Of a DNA stretch of 64,000 bases, positions 12,701 to 24,900 are shown piece after piece (position 1 is the stretch's first letter; each line of letters begins with the position of its first letter). This stretch comes from Tubiluchus corallicola. Lineage: Eukaryota > Animalia > Priapulida. The notes beneath the pieces were generated by a model. It was not told the origin of the DNA. It was given only the letters and a program-made list of their open reading frames with translations, and did no database searches. The stretch is taken from contig JAQGDQ010000084.1 in NCBI GenBank assembly GCA_030141605.1, forward strand, positions 186,001 through 250,000. Direction: 5' to 3'. The translations under genes were made by a program, and so were the position numbers.

Positions 12701-13539
12701 TTAATAAAATTTTTACCTAACTTGATGCATTAAAACAGTACTTATTGCATTATTCTGTTCTAAAAATGCACTTTCAGTTTTTTAACTTTACTCACTGACC
12801 TTGGTCAAATTCCCCCGGTTAATAAGACCCCATTTGATACTACTATATATAATAATCCTTATTAATGAATAATTGTATTGCTTTGTTTAGATTTTGGTAC
12901 CCAGCTTTATTATTTTTTTTGTTTTCAGATCTTTTTGGATAATTTGCATCATTTATACTGTTTTTATTTGTATTTTTTTCTTACTTGTTTTTGTTGTCTG
13001 CAGCATCACCGTTAATTTTTAATATACTAATCTATCTATAAGAAAGGGCAGGAGACTAGATGACCCTATGGTCCTTCCTGCCCTGGTCCATGATTATAAT
13101 TACTTAATATTTAAAAAACTTTTGATGTTAAACTAATTGGAGAAAATAAATGTTCTCTGTCTATGTCTATGTCTAGTAATGTAAACAGTCTAATTAATAT
13201 ACATGTTTTTGCTTCCGGACTGACTACTGACACTACTAGCTGTTTCTGTATCAAGTATCATGTGTACAGCAAGCAATTTTGTCTGCAACGTATGCAGTAG
13301 CACCCAAACCGAGTTTCCAAATAAAATACCCAAGGTCACCCCCGGGGCTTGGTTTTGACTCTGCTGTGTTTATTGTTTAACTGCTGCCTAGGCTTTAGAC
13401 GTTTAGAGAAAGGAAAGAGAACCCATTATAGCTAGGTGTTGGTAAGTCAGAGATATAGGTGGTTTCACACAAGCAGGAAGACATTAATCAGTAGAAACAT
13501 GAATAAAACTCATAGAATGCTTAACTTGCATGATTTAAG

Positions 13540-14012
13540 CAGTATTGATTTTTGTCTCTGAAACGTATGTCAATTCTTTTACATTACTTTTTATGAAAGT
13601 CTTAGCTTCACTTAAGGACACTTTGCTCAAAGTCACAATTGTTGGAACGCATTGCCGTCAAGAAATATTGATTTTTGTCTCTGGAACGTATGTCAATTCT
13701 TTTACATTACTCTTTATGAAAGTCTTAGCTTCACTTAACGACACTTTGCTTAACGTCACAATTGTTGGAACGCATTGCTGTCAAGCAGTATTGATTTTTG
13801 TCTCTGCAACGTATGTCAGTTCTTTTACATTACTCTTTATGAAAGTCTTAGCTTCATTTAACAATGTTTTGCTTAATGTTGCATGTTGTTGGAATACATT
13901 AGTGTCAAGCAGTATTGATTTTTGTCTCTGGAACATATGTCAATTCTTTTACATTACTCTTTATGAAAGTCTTAGCTTCACTTAACGGCGTTTTGCTTAA
14001 TGTTGCATGTTG
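13540..14012. repeat. Tandem repeat of about 120-bp units, about 4 copies
   Basis: tattgatttttgtctctg..acgtatgtcaattcttttacattac..tttatgaaagtcttagcttca. Confidence 0.92.
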
Positions 14013-14085
14013 TTGGAGTTAGCGAGGACTTACTGTATAAGAAAATGGCGGAACTGCAAATGGAAAACAGTAAAATGATCATCAC

Positions 14086-14274
14086 CTCATACAGTTTGTT
14101 TTTGTTCTGTTTTTCCTGTCGATGACCGGAGTAAATCTGCAACATTTGCTCGATGACGAAAAAAGCAAATATGCCACCGAGGGCAGCCGTGCCCTTCCAC
14201 ACAAAATCAAATTCACTGCGGAAGACTCTGTGTTCATCCACGTAACCTCCTGAGCGCGTGTGAATACCAAGAGC
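14086..14274 (-). CDS. SLC39A10: ZIP exon: TM3
   Basis: tttcag|GCT...GAG|gtgatg; ALGIH...FVWKGTAALGGIFAFFVIEQML. Confidence 0.92.
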
Positions 14275-14524
14275 CTGAAAAAAGAGGTGCTCCAAATGTT
14301 CACTTCTGCACAACCACATGACAAAAATCAGTCCGTAACTAACAACTGTAGCCGCAGCCACAGCTAGATTTTGACCTTTTACGACCCCTAGGCTAATGAA
14401 ATGATGTGACCCCCTCAGACGGACCCACAATCTAATTTCCATGCACTTGTCTAGAGTTGTTTTTACTTGTGATAGATTTTAGCAAAGTTTTCATACCGGG
14501 TCTCCATATTTTAGATTGGACTTC

Positions 14525-15262
14525 CAAGCCCTTGTCTCAAATAAAAGCCTTAAACAAGGGCCGTTTGTCTTAAATAAAAAGCCTCAAATAAGGGCCTTTT
14601 GTCTGAAATAAAAAGCCTCAAACAAGGGCCTTTTGTCTCAAATAAAAGTCTCATACAAGACCCCTTTGTCTCAAATAAAAGGTCCCAAACAAGGGCCCAT
14701 TGTCTCAAATAAAAGTTCTCAAACATGGGCCCATTGTCTGAAATAAAAGGTCTCAAATAAAAGGCCTCAAACAAGCACCCTTGTCTCAAATGAAAGCCTC
14801 AAACAAGAGCCCTTTGTCTCAAATAAAAGCCTCAAACAAGGGCTCTTTGTCTCAAACAAAAGGCCTCAAACAATGACCCTTTGTCTCAAATAAAAGGCCT
14901 CAAACAAGGACCCTTTGCCTCAAGTAAAAGCCTCAAACAAGGGCCCTTTGTTTCAAATAAAGAGCCTCAAGCAAGGACCCTTCATCTCAAATAAAAGCCT
15001 CAAACAAGGGCCATTTATCTCAAATAAAGGGCCTCAAGCAAGGACCCTTCGTCTCAAATAAAAGCCTCAAACAAGGGCCCTTTGTCTCAAATAAAGGGCT
15101 GCACGCAAGGACCCTTCATCTCAAATAAAAGCCTCAAACAAGGGCCATTTATCTCAAATAAACGGCCTCAAGCAAGGACCCTTCGTCTCAAATAAAAGGT
15201 CTCAAACAAGGGTCCTTTGCCTTAAACAAAAGGCCTCAAATAGGGGTCCTTTATCTCAAATT
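14525..15262. repeat. Minisatellite of about 33-35 bp, about 20 copies
   Basis: caaacaagggccctttgtctcaaataaaagcct. Confidence 0.93.
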
Positions 15263-16173
15263 AGGAGCAACTTTAAAATTATGTTTCAGGCTTCCTGACC
15301 TCTGCTAAAGTCAGCAGTGCAAAGTATGGAGCCCCAAGCTTGGGGAGCCCCAGGTAATCCAACCCTAGCCGCCACCCTGTCACGAATCTTACAAAACTGC
15401 AACAAAGTGGTTATGAACCATTCTTTGCGACGCCAGGTTTAAAAGGTTACATCAAACACCAAATTGCCATGTGCGAACTTTTTGTACATTTTAATACAAA
15501 ATTTGGGACTTTCTTTTATTGCATGGAAATACTGGAATTCTTTTCTTCACAAAACACTTGAAGACTTTCAAAATTATTACGATGAATTCGAACTGTTGTA
15601 AACTTGAGTACATGTTTTTCTACTATAATTTCTTTCCTTGCGCACGATTTGCACGTTTTGAGTGAAAATTTTTAATAATTTTATTTGTGTCATCTTCTTA
15701 AGCACGGAATTGCAAATATGACGACAGGCTATAATGTACAGCATCATAAACAGTTTTGCCTGTACATGCGCATTATAAAATCAACTTTATTATTATTATT
15801 ATTATCAAAACAGTTTTTTAACTACATTTTCGATCTATTGGAAGATAATTCATTTGCGGCTTTATTTTCAACTAAATGTGATATCTTGTTGGTTATGCTG
15901 GTTGCTACGGACTTTGCAAGAACACGTTGAAGTTATGTTTAAGTTCAGTAGATGGCTCTTCCTGACGAAGATATGGGCTTGGCAACAGAGAAAACCCAAA
16001 GCAAAATGGTTGCTTCCACAAGCTGCTATCAGAGTTTGAAAATACAAGTTAGCCATTGTTTTTTGCTACAAAACACTTAGCAACCGTACAAATGTTGGTT
16101 GGTACGAACTTTATAAGAACACACAACTCAAGAAGTGCTCTGAACAAGTAATTAGTTCTTGAGTATTCCACGG

Positions 16174-16850
16174 GGGCGCTATTACACTTTCGCACCGCCT
16201 AGCTTTTTCTAGGTTATTACTCGTTTTTAGGCTCGTACGTCATCATTCTATTATTCTTACGTCATCAGTGAATGTTTCTGCTAATCTAATTGTAATTTAA
16301 TCATATATTTAGGTATAATTACCAATAATTACGCTGTATTGACAGTTCTACACAGTATCGCCATCTTGTTTGTGTGTGTAGTCACGTGACGAATTTCGTA
16401 CTAGCTTATGCATTATCAGGGCCTAGCTTAAAAGGCACGTGACACACTTTCATCTTAATTGCATTTACGATTTAAAGAAAAAACCTTTACTTTTATAATC
16501 TAATATGTGGGAACACTGTAATATGATACAAACTCCCGTGGCTGCAACCATAATAATCATAAATTATGCAAAAAAACTAAAAATACAGGTTAAGGGCCAT
16601 CACTGCACGAGAGCGATTGCGCATTAGTGGTGTAAACATGGTTATTCACGTGGAGCTTTTTGCGTATTGACGGCGGTAAGTAACGTATGATTTTAATCTG
16701 ATTTTAATCTGGAATTATGAAGCCTAAAAACCTATATTATTATGGGAATAGGGTGTATATTATGCCTGTTGGTCTGCTTTCTGGCCTGCAGGCGTGAAAA
16801 TAACCAATAGGCCAGGAAAAGCTAGGCAGTGCGAAAGTGTAATAGCGCCC
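16174..16850. mobile_element. hATw-like non-autonomous element with 7-bp TSD
   Basis: About 35-bp TIR GGGCGCTATTACACTTTCGCAC..; TSD tccacgg; interrupts a LINE 3' UTR that is intact at about 34735-34875. Confidence 0.8.
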
Positions 16851-17727
16851 TCCACGGGTCATTTGTAGCTTGCCATCTTGTGTACATAATAATATTCATA
16901 TTATTAAATTCTTTTCTGTAATGATTGTTGTGGATACATTTAATAAAGAAATAATAATAAATAACATTGAAGTTATGTTTAAATCCAGTAGATGGTTCTT
17001 CCTGACGAAGATCTGATCTTGGCAACAGAAAAAAACAGAAGCAAAATGACTGCTTCCACGAGCTACTATCAGAGTTTGAAAATACAAGTTTTTTACAACT
17101 GCAGTACTAGTTTTTAGCCAGAGAAGTGAGTATGGGGTTATAAAATTAATTTTTTAGTATTTTTTTAAACATTTTCTGATAATTTGATGGCAGAATACAA
17201 AAGTTCAATATATTTAGCATTTGTTTTTATAAAAAAACAAAAAATTGGCATTTATCCAATTTTTGGTGCATTCTACTTTGAAGCAGCATAACGTAGTTTT
17301 AACTATGCCGACTTATGGACGGTTTGGGTTTGCAAGTACACAAAAAAATGTGTAATTTTTCACATTCAAATTTCAAACTTACCGCTGTGGTCACGTGTGA
17401 GCTGTCGAACGTGTGCAGTATGTTACAAGAGAATATCTCTGAACAGAGAAGAACAGCATCTGCTTTTTGTACATACGCGTTTCCGAAATGCTGGCGTTGC
17501 TGCCCATTCAAATTAGCGAATGGCGAAGTGCATGTAACAGTGAACAACTAGTGGCACGAAGGCAAAATTGTGTCTGTGTGGTAATAATTCTTTCACGTAA
17601 ACCCATCTTTAAAAATAGTACGCTTTCTTTCAACATTTTAAAGAGTAAATTGTTTTGATCTACAGTGTAAGATTGGGTCCATTTTTATTTTAAAACAAAT
17701 TACTTTATATCAAAACAACAAACATAC

Positions 17728-17897
17728 GTGAGGTAGTAGATGAAGAAGCGCATCTCCAGACAACGAACCAACTGCAAGTGCGACTAGAAACTGCAGAAGA
17801 TGATTGTAGAATGCCCTGTGTAGTACCGGCACTATGGCGACACCTAGCAGTCCACACAGCGATATCACTAACACAGCTAGAGCGGCAAATCCCCATA
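17728..17897 (-). CDS. SLC39A10: ZIP exon: TM1-TM2
   Basis: tttcag|TA...CAC|gtatgt; VWGFAALAVLVISLCGLLGVAIVP...LLQFLVALAVGSLSGDALLHLLPH. Confidence 0.96.
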
Positions 17898-18021
17898 CTG
17901 AAACGAAAATGAAATGCAGTCAAATTGGCAACCCAACGGCATTGTGCCCAAACTTCACACGTATTTAACTACATAAAACTAAGCTAAAAAGTAACCAAAA
18001 CCCCGTGAAACATTTAACCAG

Positions 18022-18377
18022 TAGGGGTGAGCATCGAACGAACAATATTGAACATTCAAATTTGATTTCAACGAATTTTCTATGTTAGAATTCAGCACTT
18101 CAACTGCATACATTCTTTATCATTAAAATGTTAGAAACAGCAAGCAATTGGCACAATTTATCTGCAGTTTCTGTGCAAAATTTTCAACAAACTAATAGTG
18201 GTTTTACTGCAGAACAAAATCAAGTAATATGCACAATCTTTGTAAGATCACTTTTTACTAGCAGTTCAAAAAGTTGTTAAAAAATCTTTCAAACTCAATC
18301 CGAATTCGATTTGGGTTCCAAATACTGAAATTCAATTCAATTTGAATTTGCTTTCTGGTAGAGAACGCTCACCCCTA
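18022..18377. mobile_element. hAT-like MITE family C (TAGGGGTGAGC TIR, TTCGAAT-rich); other copies near 5190-5533, 10290-11085, 32428-32810 and 58464-58991
   Basis: TIR taggggtgagc/gctcaccccta; flanks ttaaccag/ttaaacaa. Confidence 0.8.
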
Positions 18378-19001
18378 TTAAACAATAGTTAGAGGCAGCA
18401 GGATAAATTTTGCGCTTTTAGAATAGAAAAAACATAAAAATCGTTATACTCAACAGTAAAGGTGAAAAAAATACGAGGAATTTCATAAATCAAAAGGAAT
18501 TGGTTAATGGCGGTTCGTTTCTGACAGAATGTCATGCAACGTAAAAATAATACAGCCCCGGGGGACCATCACGTAACAAAAAAACCAAAGAATAATATCG
18601 TGTTTACTCACTAAAAAACAAACTCATATAAAATTATGTCATAGATAATAATCCTTTTCACAGTTTCCTTGTGCTCAAAGTTGCTGTAGGTCAAAGTAGT
18701 AAGTGTAACATAGCAAACCATTTTAACCGTCACGTGACATGTGGGTAAAGCAAAGCCCTTTACCACGTCAGTTCAGTAACTTCAATTGTTTTACATGGAC
18801 TTTACTTAATTATGCATTACTCCACGCATGAGGGATTTACTAGCATGAACTAGGTAAGGTTCTAGCTAGCTGTTAAAACTGTTACTATTACGACAGCATG
18901 GGCTGTGAGGCGTTGTCTGGTACACTTAGCCTTTGACGTTTTCACGATCATCGTCAATCGCTGAAACTATGAAAAGGCTTACTGCTTCTAACTTAGCTTA
19001 C

Positions 19002-19194
19002 CGGATATAGGAATGTCGGCAATTGAGTCACCGGTAATCTCATGATGCCTGTGGACGTCTTTCCCTGTTTCTCGACATTTAGCTACATCAATTTCGTAGA
19101 TGAGCACCGGGCACAGGTGGATGAAGCTGTGCTCGGAAATGCCCTCAGAGGAATGAATGTGTGCAGCAGACAGTAGCTCATCCGCTGAAAGACA
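19002..19194 (-). CDS. SLC39A10: ZIP exon: PAL-motif domain
   Basis: tttcag|TGT...TCCG|gtaagc; CLSADELL...FIHLCPVLIYEIDVAKC, equivalent to LIV-1 CPALLYQI. Confidence 0.92.
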
Positions 19195-19371
19195 CTGAAA
19201 AGAGATTTCAGAACTGTTCAGTGTTTTTTGTCTTCTTTGTGTCTTTATTAATTTTGTATTTTTATTTTGGCAGTGTGTCAGGTGAGGCAACTGGAAATTG
19301 GTCATTAGGAGTAATAAGACGCTTAATTAAAGCAAAACAGGACAAATTTTCATATCCTATCCCATTTTGAA

Positions 19372-19929
19372 ATATGAGAATGACAAATTGCAAAAAACTC
19401 TGAAACAGGCCGGGGGTTTGGGGGCCGCATAGGCCCCCATGGGGGTTCAAGGAGCCCCTTGGAGCCAGCAACAAATTGCAATTTTGTGATCACAGAGAGC
19501 CTCTTAAGTGGACTTAAAATATCAATTACCTTGTTCCATGCATAATTTAAAATATCCAACTATCAAGGATACATGATACCTAATTGTCTCAAAAACACCT
19601 AAGTACTGGCTGCTCCTATGCAAAAGTATATAAAAACTGTCTGCAATTGACTCAAATAACTCCGCACAATTGATTCTATATTTTTATACATAGAGATATA
19701 AATGTGGCTACACTGATGTACGTGATGTAAACATAGAGATATACATGTGGTTACACTGATGTACGTAAAGTAAACAAAGTGACGGCCTGCCAACTAGCGG
19801 TCAGCTTGTGAAATAATGTACTGGGTCTGTAAAAATTCTCTCAACGCATTTACGTGATTTACAAAAATGGCACTACTGGTCTTCCAAAAACTCGGAATTC
19901 CGCGTATCCGCGGAAAATTCTCATCCCTG
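19372..19929 (+). mobile_element. hAT-like MITE family D
   Basis: Near-identical to the other copies; left TIR eroded. Confidence 0.82.
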
Positions 19930-21350
19930 AATACGGTAAAATGTATACATTTTAATACTTATAATAATGCCATATTGTTTAAGATAATTAAATAATAGGT
20001 TGAAATATAATTAACGGTTGGAGAGCACAGCTAGTGACGATGTCACAAACGAACACAATTTTCAACAGTACAAACATTCTATGAGTATATTGCACGTGTT
20101 TGCGAAAGAGAAAAAATTGAAGTAAAGTGTTACCGTATAAAATTTACTGCTGCATAGAAGAGTAGGCGAAATGTTAAGGCAAAATTGAAAATTCAAATTT
20201 ACCACTGTATCATGGATAACCTCTCAAACCTGTGTACTACATCAGAAATGAACACATCTGAAGTGAGAGATACAACACCTGTTTTTTGTGTAATGTGTAT
20301 CCGTAATGGAGGCGCTAGTACCCGTCAGACTAGCGAGTGCTGAAATGCATGTAACAGTGAAGAACTAGCGGCACGAACGTGAAATTGTGTTTGTGTGGTA
20401 ATAATTCTTTCATGTAAGTCATTTTATAAAAAAAATAGTACGTTTCCTTTTTAAAGAGTAGACTATTTTGACCTACAGTTTAGGATCGGGTCTGGTTTTC
20501 CTTTAAGACTCTTACCTGCTTGCCATGCTTACCAAGTTGCATTCATGTCTCCATCTACAGGAAAAAAAATTAAATATACTTACCTGTTAAAATAGCTGAA
20601 CGAGTCCTGGTCTAGTTCTTATGCCTCCTTGATCTCAAAACTCACAGACATATTTGTGTGCCATGAATTTTCATTAATTTTAAGGTTGAAACACACAAGT
20701 TATAAGTTAAGCTAAGATATCATAAGATATCTATGTTAATTTTGGCTGCTATACTAACACAGATATATAAATCTAATTTAGGAATTCCAAATCATATTTT
20801 CTATTAATTTCTTATCGATATTCTTGCTCATAAACATGTAAATTCTAATTCCAGTGAAAATCTTCGTTATTTAATTTGCAGATGAAACTCACTTGGCTGT
20901 TTGTTAGTTTGTTTGTTTGCGTGTGTGTTCACACGAACGTCTAGTCAACGAACACTGCAGTTCGTGATCATGCTTATCATGATACCGCGCCTATTTGTGT
21001 GCTACACGAATGTGACAAAAAGGTGCCATTGCCAGTTTTAGAGGGTTCACTGAGCCTCGCGTTGCTTTGAAAGTTTAACAAATATTAACTATCCGAGGTA
21101 ATTAACATTTAATCTAAGCTTTAGTTTAAAAAAGGCTATTGTAGTTTTCAATATTTTGGAAAATACTTTATTTTGAACTTATGTCTACACAATCGCCCGG
21201 TTTTCCTTTAAAAATTTAATCTTAAGTGCTTTCCTTCCAATGCAATATTGATTTCACTTCTACAATGCTAAATAATCAACATCTTTGTTTATACGAGGCT
21301 AAAAAACACAGATAAATCAATTTTTAAAGATAAATAACAGTATGCTGTAC

Positions 21351-21887
21351 CGGTTTTTCTTCTGCTAAAAAATTCTTTTCGTCTTCCTCTCCATGAAAAT
21401 GTTCTACGTCCTCCGTAGAATCAGCAACGACACTTACTTGTCGTTTTCGAATTTTACGTGTTTCAGAATGATCGTCGTCATGACGATGTACATGATCTGA
21501 AAAATGATCTGAGTCACTTTTCTCTTTGCTCTTTGCTCTCTGAGGCAGCCCAAGATTACGAAGAAGTTCAGCAAGAGCCTCAAAGGTCAAAATGCCGCTG
21601 CGACTGCCGTATTTCAAAAAAATTTCATTGATAAAATAATTGTCCCAGTGACAGTCGCGGCAGTCTAGTGGTACGGAACTGTTGCCGTTTTCGGAGCGAC
21701 CAGACGAGGTGTGGTCAGTTGCAGATGCACCCAAACTTTGGCGTGCAGTCGGAACTGTGAGATCTGTGATGGCATCCTGTGATGTAGGAACAACCTCGGA
21801 TGAAGCCGCAGGTAACGCTTCCCCGGCTACGCAGCAGCAGCAGCAGTGAAACAGTAGTAACGAGTTTACTACTACACGTCTGATCAC
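21351..21887 (-). CDS. SLC39A10: ZIP exon: signal peptide and His/acid-rich ectodomain
   Basis: Acceptor ttctttcag|GTG; VIRRVVVNSLLLFHCCCCCVAG/EA...FINEIFLKYG...LTFEALAELLRNLGL...DHVHRHDDDH. Donor is either CCG|gtacag (exon end 21351) or CAA|gtaagt (exon end 21438), both phase 0. Confidence 0.82.
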
Positions 21888-22229
21888 CTGAAAGAACAAG
21901 TTTCATTATGGTCTCAGTGAAAAAAACAGGTGCAGCAAACTTTGATATTTATCAAGCTTCGACCACACTTCATTTGCAGCATACTTTTGTTAATAACTCT
22001 AGCATCTTTTTTGAAGGCTGCCAGGCATAGCAGGTCCGACTTTCACTTTTCTTTTTCTTATTATAGACTTCTTTTTTCACGGCGTATCTGTCATGACTTA
22101 TCAAGAACAAAGTAAGAGGGCTCTGGCATCGCACGACTTGCATATAAGTCAAGACAAAATTGAATTAGTTTATTTAAATTTCAAAGCTCTAAGTTCATCA
22201 TCGGTTAAAAATTCTTTATTCTTAGAAAT

Positions 22230-22366
22230 ATGTTGTCACATTGTCTCACATTGTTTAACGTTGTCACATTGTCTCACATTGTTTAATGTTGTCACATTGT
22301 GTAACATTGTCACATTGGCTCACATTGTTTAACGTTGTCACATTGTCTAACATTGTCACATTGTTA
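22230..22366. repeat. Short-period repeat (cacattgt variants)
   Basis: tgtcacattgtctcacattgtttaac. Confidence 0.85.
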
Positions 22367-22671
22367 ATGATGTAGATGAAAACCAAACTGCAACTAATCA
22401 CTCAATAGCACATCTTGCAACAATTTTATTATATCACATGTTAAACTTTTAAACTTTGTTATTATTAAAAGCATCTGCTATGTAAATGCCTAAATGGCTT
22501 CAGGCTGCTAAACTTTAGGCTTACTCACATGATGATTTAGCTTCCTGCTCAGGCAAAGATGGCACTGTAGCAATGGCAACATGTCTAAAAGCTCCAATTT
22601 CCGCCTGCTCAGCACGTCTAATACAAAAACGATGATATTCTGTATTCCATGTCATATTAAACTTCAGTTAA

Positions 22672-23124
22672 CCCTTTCATACACGTTGTATCCCGTGGGA
22701 TACGAGAATATTTTCTGCCTTTAAAATTAATAAAATTTTAAAACTGACAGTCATTTGATCTGTTAATAGTTATTTTGATTTAAGCCAATAACAAGAGACT
22801 AAAAATGGTGATAAAATGGCCAACTAGAAAATCTACATGGCATAAAAAACTGTGCAAGGTACAGTACTTTAGAGACGACTTTGTACAGATCAGCATAGCG
22901 TGCATGCTAAATGTCTTAAATACTTTAAAAAATTATCAACAGTTGCAAAATGAAGCACATTTTATGCTTCCATTGAATTCCAATGTATCCCGTGGGATAC
23001 ATGCTATATTTAGCACGCGGGCACAGGTAGAAAAAAATAATTATTATGTGTAAACAAGATGGACATACTTAACAAAAGTAAAAAGCCTATTATTCTTATT
23101 AAAAATGATTTGGGACTAAAAGGG
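22672..23124. mobile_element. piggyBac-type MITE
   Basis: TTAA|CCCTTT...AAAGGG|TTAA. Confidence 0.88.
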
Positions 23125-23565
23125 TTAAAGTACTGCTCAATCGGTTGCCACAGAATTTTAAAATAAATTTCCCCTACTTTTCCCTGACCAAGACAGGCAT
23201 AAATCGCATTACCAGTATACATATTCATACCGCTCTCTGTATTGACATTCATACATATACTGGTGTCGGCCAATGATTATTTTTGGAACAGAAATCAAAA
23301 CTGGAAACCTGCCATAGCAAAAATTTCATTTGAACACGAATCGCTGAAAAATATGTATGGAAAAATATCGGTTCACGGTGATTATTTTTGCAACTGTTTC
23401 CATTTTTCCTAACTTTTTCATGACTTTCTGGAATAGCCTGTATTTTCAGATTTTCCAGGATCTTCCCTGACCATGGGAACCCTACTAAAAGACTCGTGAT
23501 CTAGAACCTAAGATGGTAAAAGTTATTTAAATGTTCATAAGAGATATAATTAAACTCTTTTTGGT

Positions 23566-23960
23566 TTGGATTCTGACTTTCACATAAATAATTTTTTAAA
23601 TCATTTTTATGGATTGGGCATCCATAGGCTTGAATTCCGATGTGTGAAGTGCAAAAAACTGCGGCCATCACACCAGAGTGCCTGCTGTCATTACAGGTAT
23701 TGTTCCACTGAAGAAACAGCTCAAGCGAGTGGTGGTACCGAGCCGTCACAGGATGATGCTCACCGCTGTCCTGAATGTTCCTGTACATTTAATACACATG
23801 CAGGACACCAACAGCATAGAAGGTGGGCTCATCCTGTTGAAAATAACAACAGCCTCCCTGGACCCAGGGGAAGAGGGCCGACGGCGCCGGTACACTGTGG
23901 ACGGACGGCGAATACAGGCTGATGGCCGAACACAAGCTCAAGTTTTTAAATCAATTTTTT
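23566..23960 (+). mobile_element. Degenerate N-terminal fragment of an R2-like non-LTR retrotransposon (CCHC and CCHH fingers, start of Myb)
   Basis: CVKC-x12-HYRYC, then CPEC..F...AG..QHRRWAHP, then after a frameshift WTDGEYRLMAE. Confidence 0.68.
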
Positions 23961-24289
23961 AAATGACTTTACAATGCAATGTATTCGGAACAATTTCAAC
24001 CTTAGTTTTCACATGACACAATCATATGACTAAATTAGTCTGCAAGACTAAAACACAAGGCTTACATCATGGCACAGTGGACTCGTAATGCAAGAGGTCT
24101 CCGGGTAAAAAAACCAGATCCACTTCTAATTTTTCCACGTTTTCTTTATTTTGGGAAAGTTTTTTTTTCAAAATTCAACAAGTTCCAAGTATACATGCCA
24201 TTGCCAACCAATTATCTTGATATCAGAATAATAAATAGTCACTTTTGAGAGGCTGCTTCAATTAAATAACAAATACTTAAAACTATGGT

Positions 24290-24900
24290 ATGATGTTTCA
24301 AAGTAGAATGCACCAAAAATTTGGTGAAACATCAAATTCTTTGTTTTTTATAAAAACAAATGCTAAATATATTGGACTTTTATATTCTAGCATCAAATTA
24401 TCAAAAAAATGTTTAAACAATGTTAAAAATCTAATTTTATAAACCCGTACCCAATTTTCTGGTTAGAAACTAATAATGCAATTGTAAAAAACTCCTATTT
24501 TCAAACTCTGATAATAGCTCCTGGAAGATGTCATTTTGCTTTGGGTTTTTTCTATTGTCAAGCCCAGATCTTCGTCAGGAAGAGCCATCTACTGGATTTA
24601 TACATAACTTCAATGTGTTCTTGCAAAGTCTGTAGCAACCAACATTTGTATAGCTGCTAAGTGTTTTGTAGAAACACAACAAAAACAATGACTGACTTTA
24701 ACAGTGATTTTCTCAAGGTTGTTTTTCAGAGTGCTGCCTGCACCTCAACTTCAATGTGGATTATCTCAGCTTAGAAATAACATAGAGTGATGAACTGGGT
24801 ATCAAAATGATCCTCATGAAATGGAGATTCAGGATGTGAATAACTAGAAAAGCTTAACTGCTGACTTATGGACGATTTTGCTACGCAAGCACGCATATTA
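24290..24900. mobile_element. Unclassified interspersed repeat family H; copies near 15800-17290 (inverted) and 38817-39390
   Basis: Shared tcaaagtagaa..caggaagagccatctactggattta..gattatctcagcttagaaataacatagag. Confidence 0.7.

Larger units (their letters stand above)
12146..14035. mobile_element. Tc1/pogo-like element with nested piggyBac MITE, LINE tail and an internal tandem array of about 120-bp units
   Basis: cagtaag...gcgaggacttactg|ta; same family as 50931-51660 and 53887-54260. Confidence 0.6.
4947..21887 (-). other. SLC39A10: Gene span (partial): LIV-1 subfamily ZIP zinc importer, ZIP10/ZIP6/foi-like. CDS join(complement): 21887-21351, 19194-19002, 17897-17728, 14274-14086, 11464-11344, 9510-9360, 8043-7808, 7173-7093, 5134-4947 (622 codons). 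ATG exon and final TM8 exon not found.
   Basis: All nine exons have AG/GT boundaries with compatible phases (0,1,0,0,1,2,1,1,0). The joined protein has a signal peptide, a His-rich ectodomain, a PAL-like motif CPVLIYEI, GDALLHLLPH, a His-rich TM3-4 loop, GDGLHNLCDG and [11 protein letters not shown]. Confidence 0.93.

Noticed and set aside
13545-13985. 146-aa hydrophobic repeat ORF
   Set aside because: Produced by a tandem array of about 120-bp units inside a MITE.
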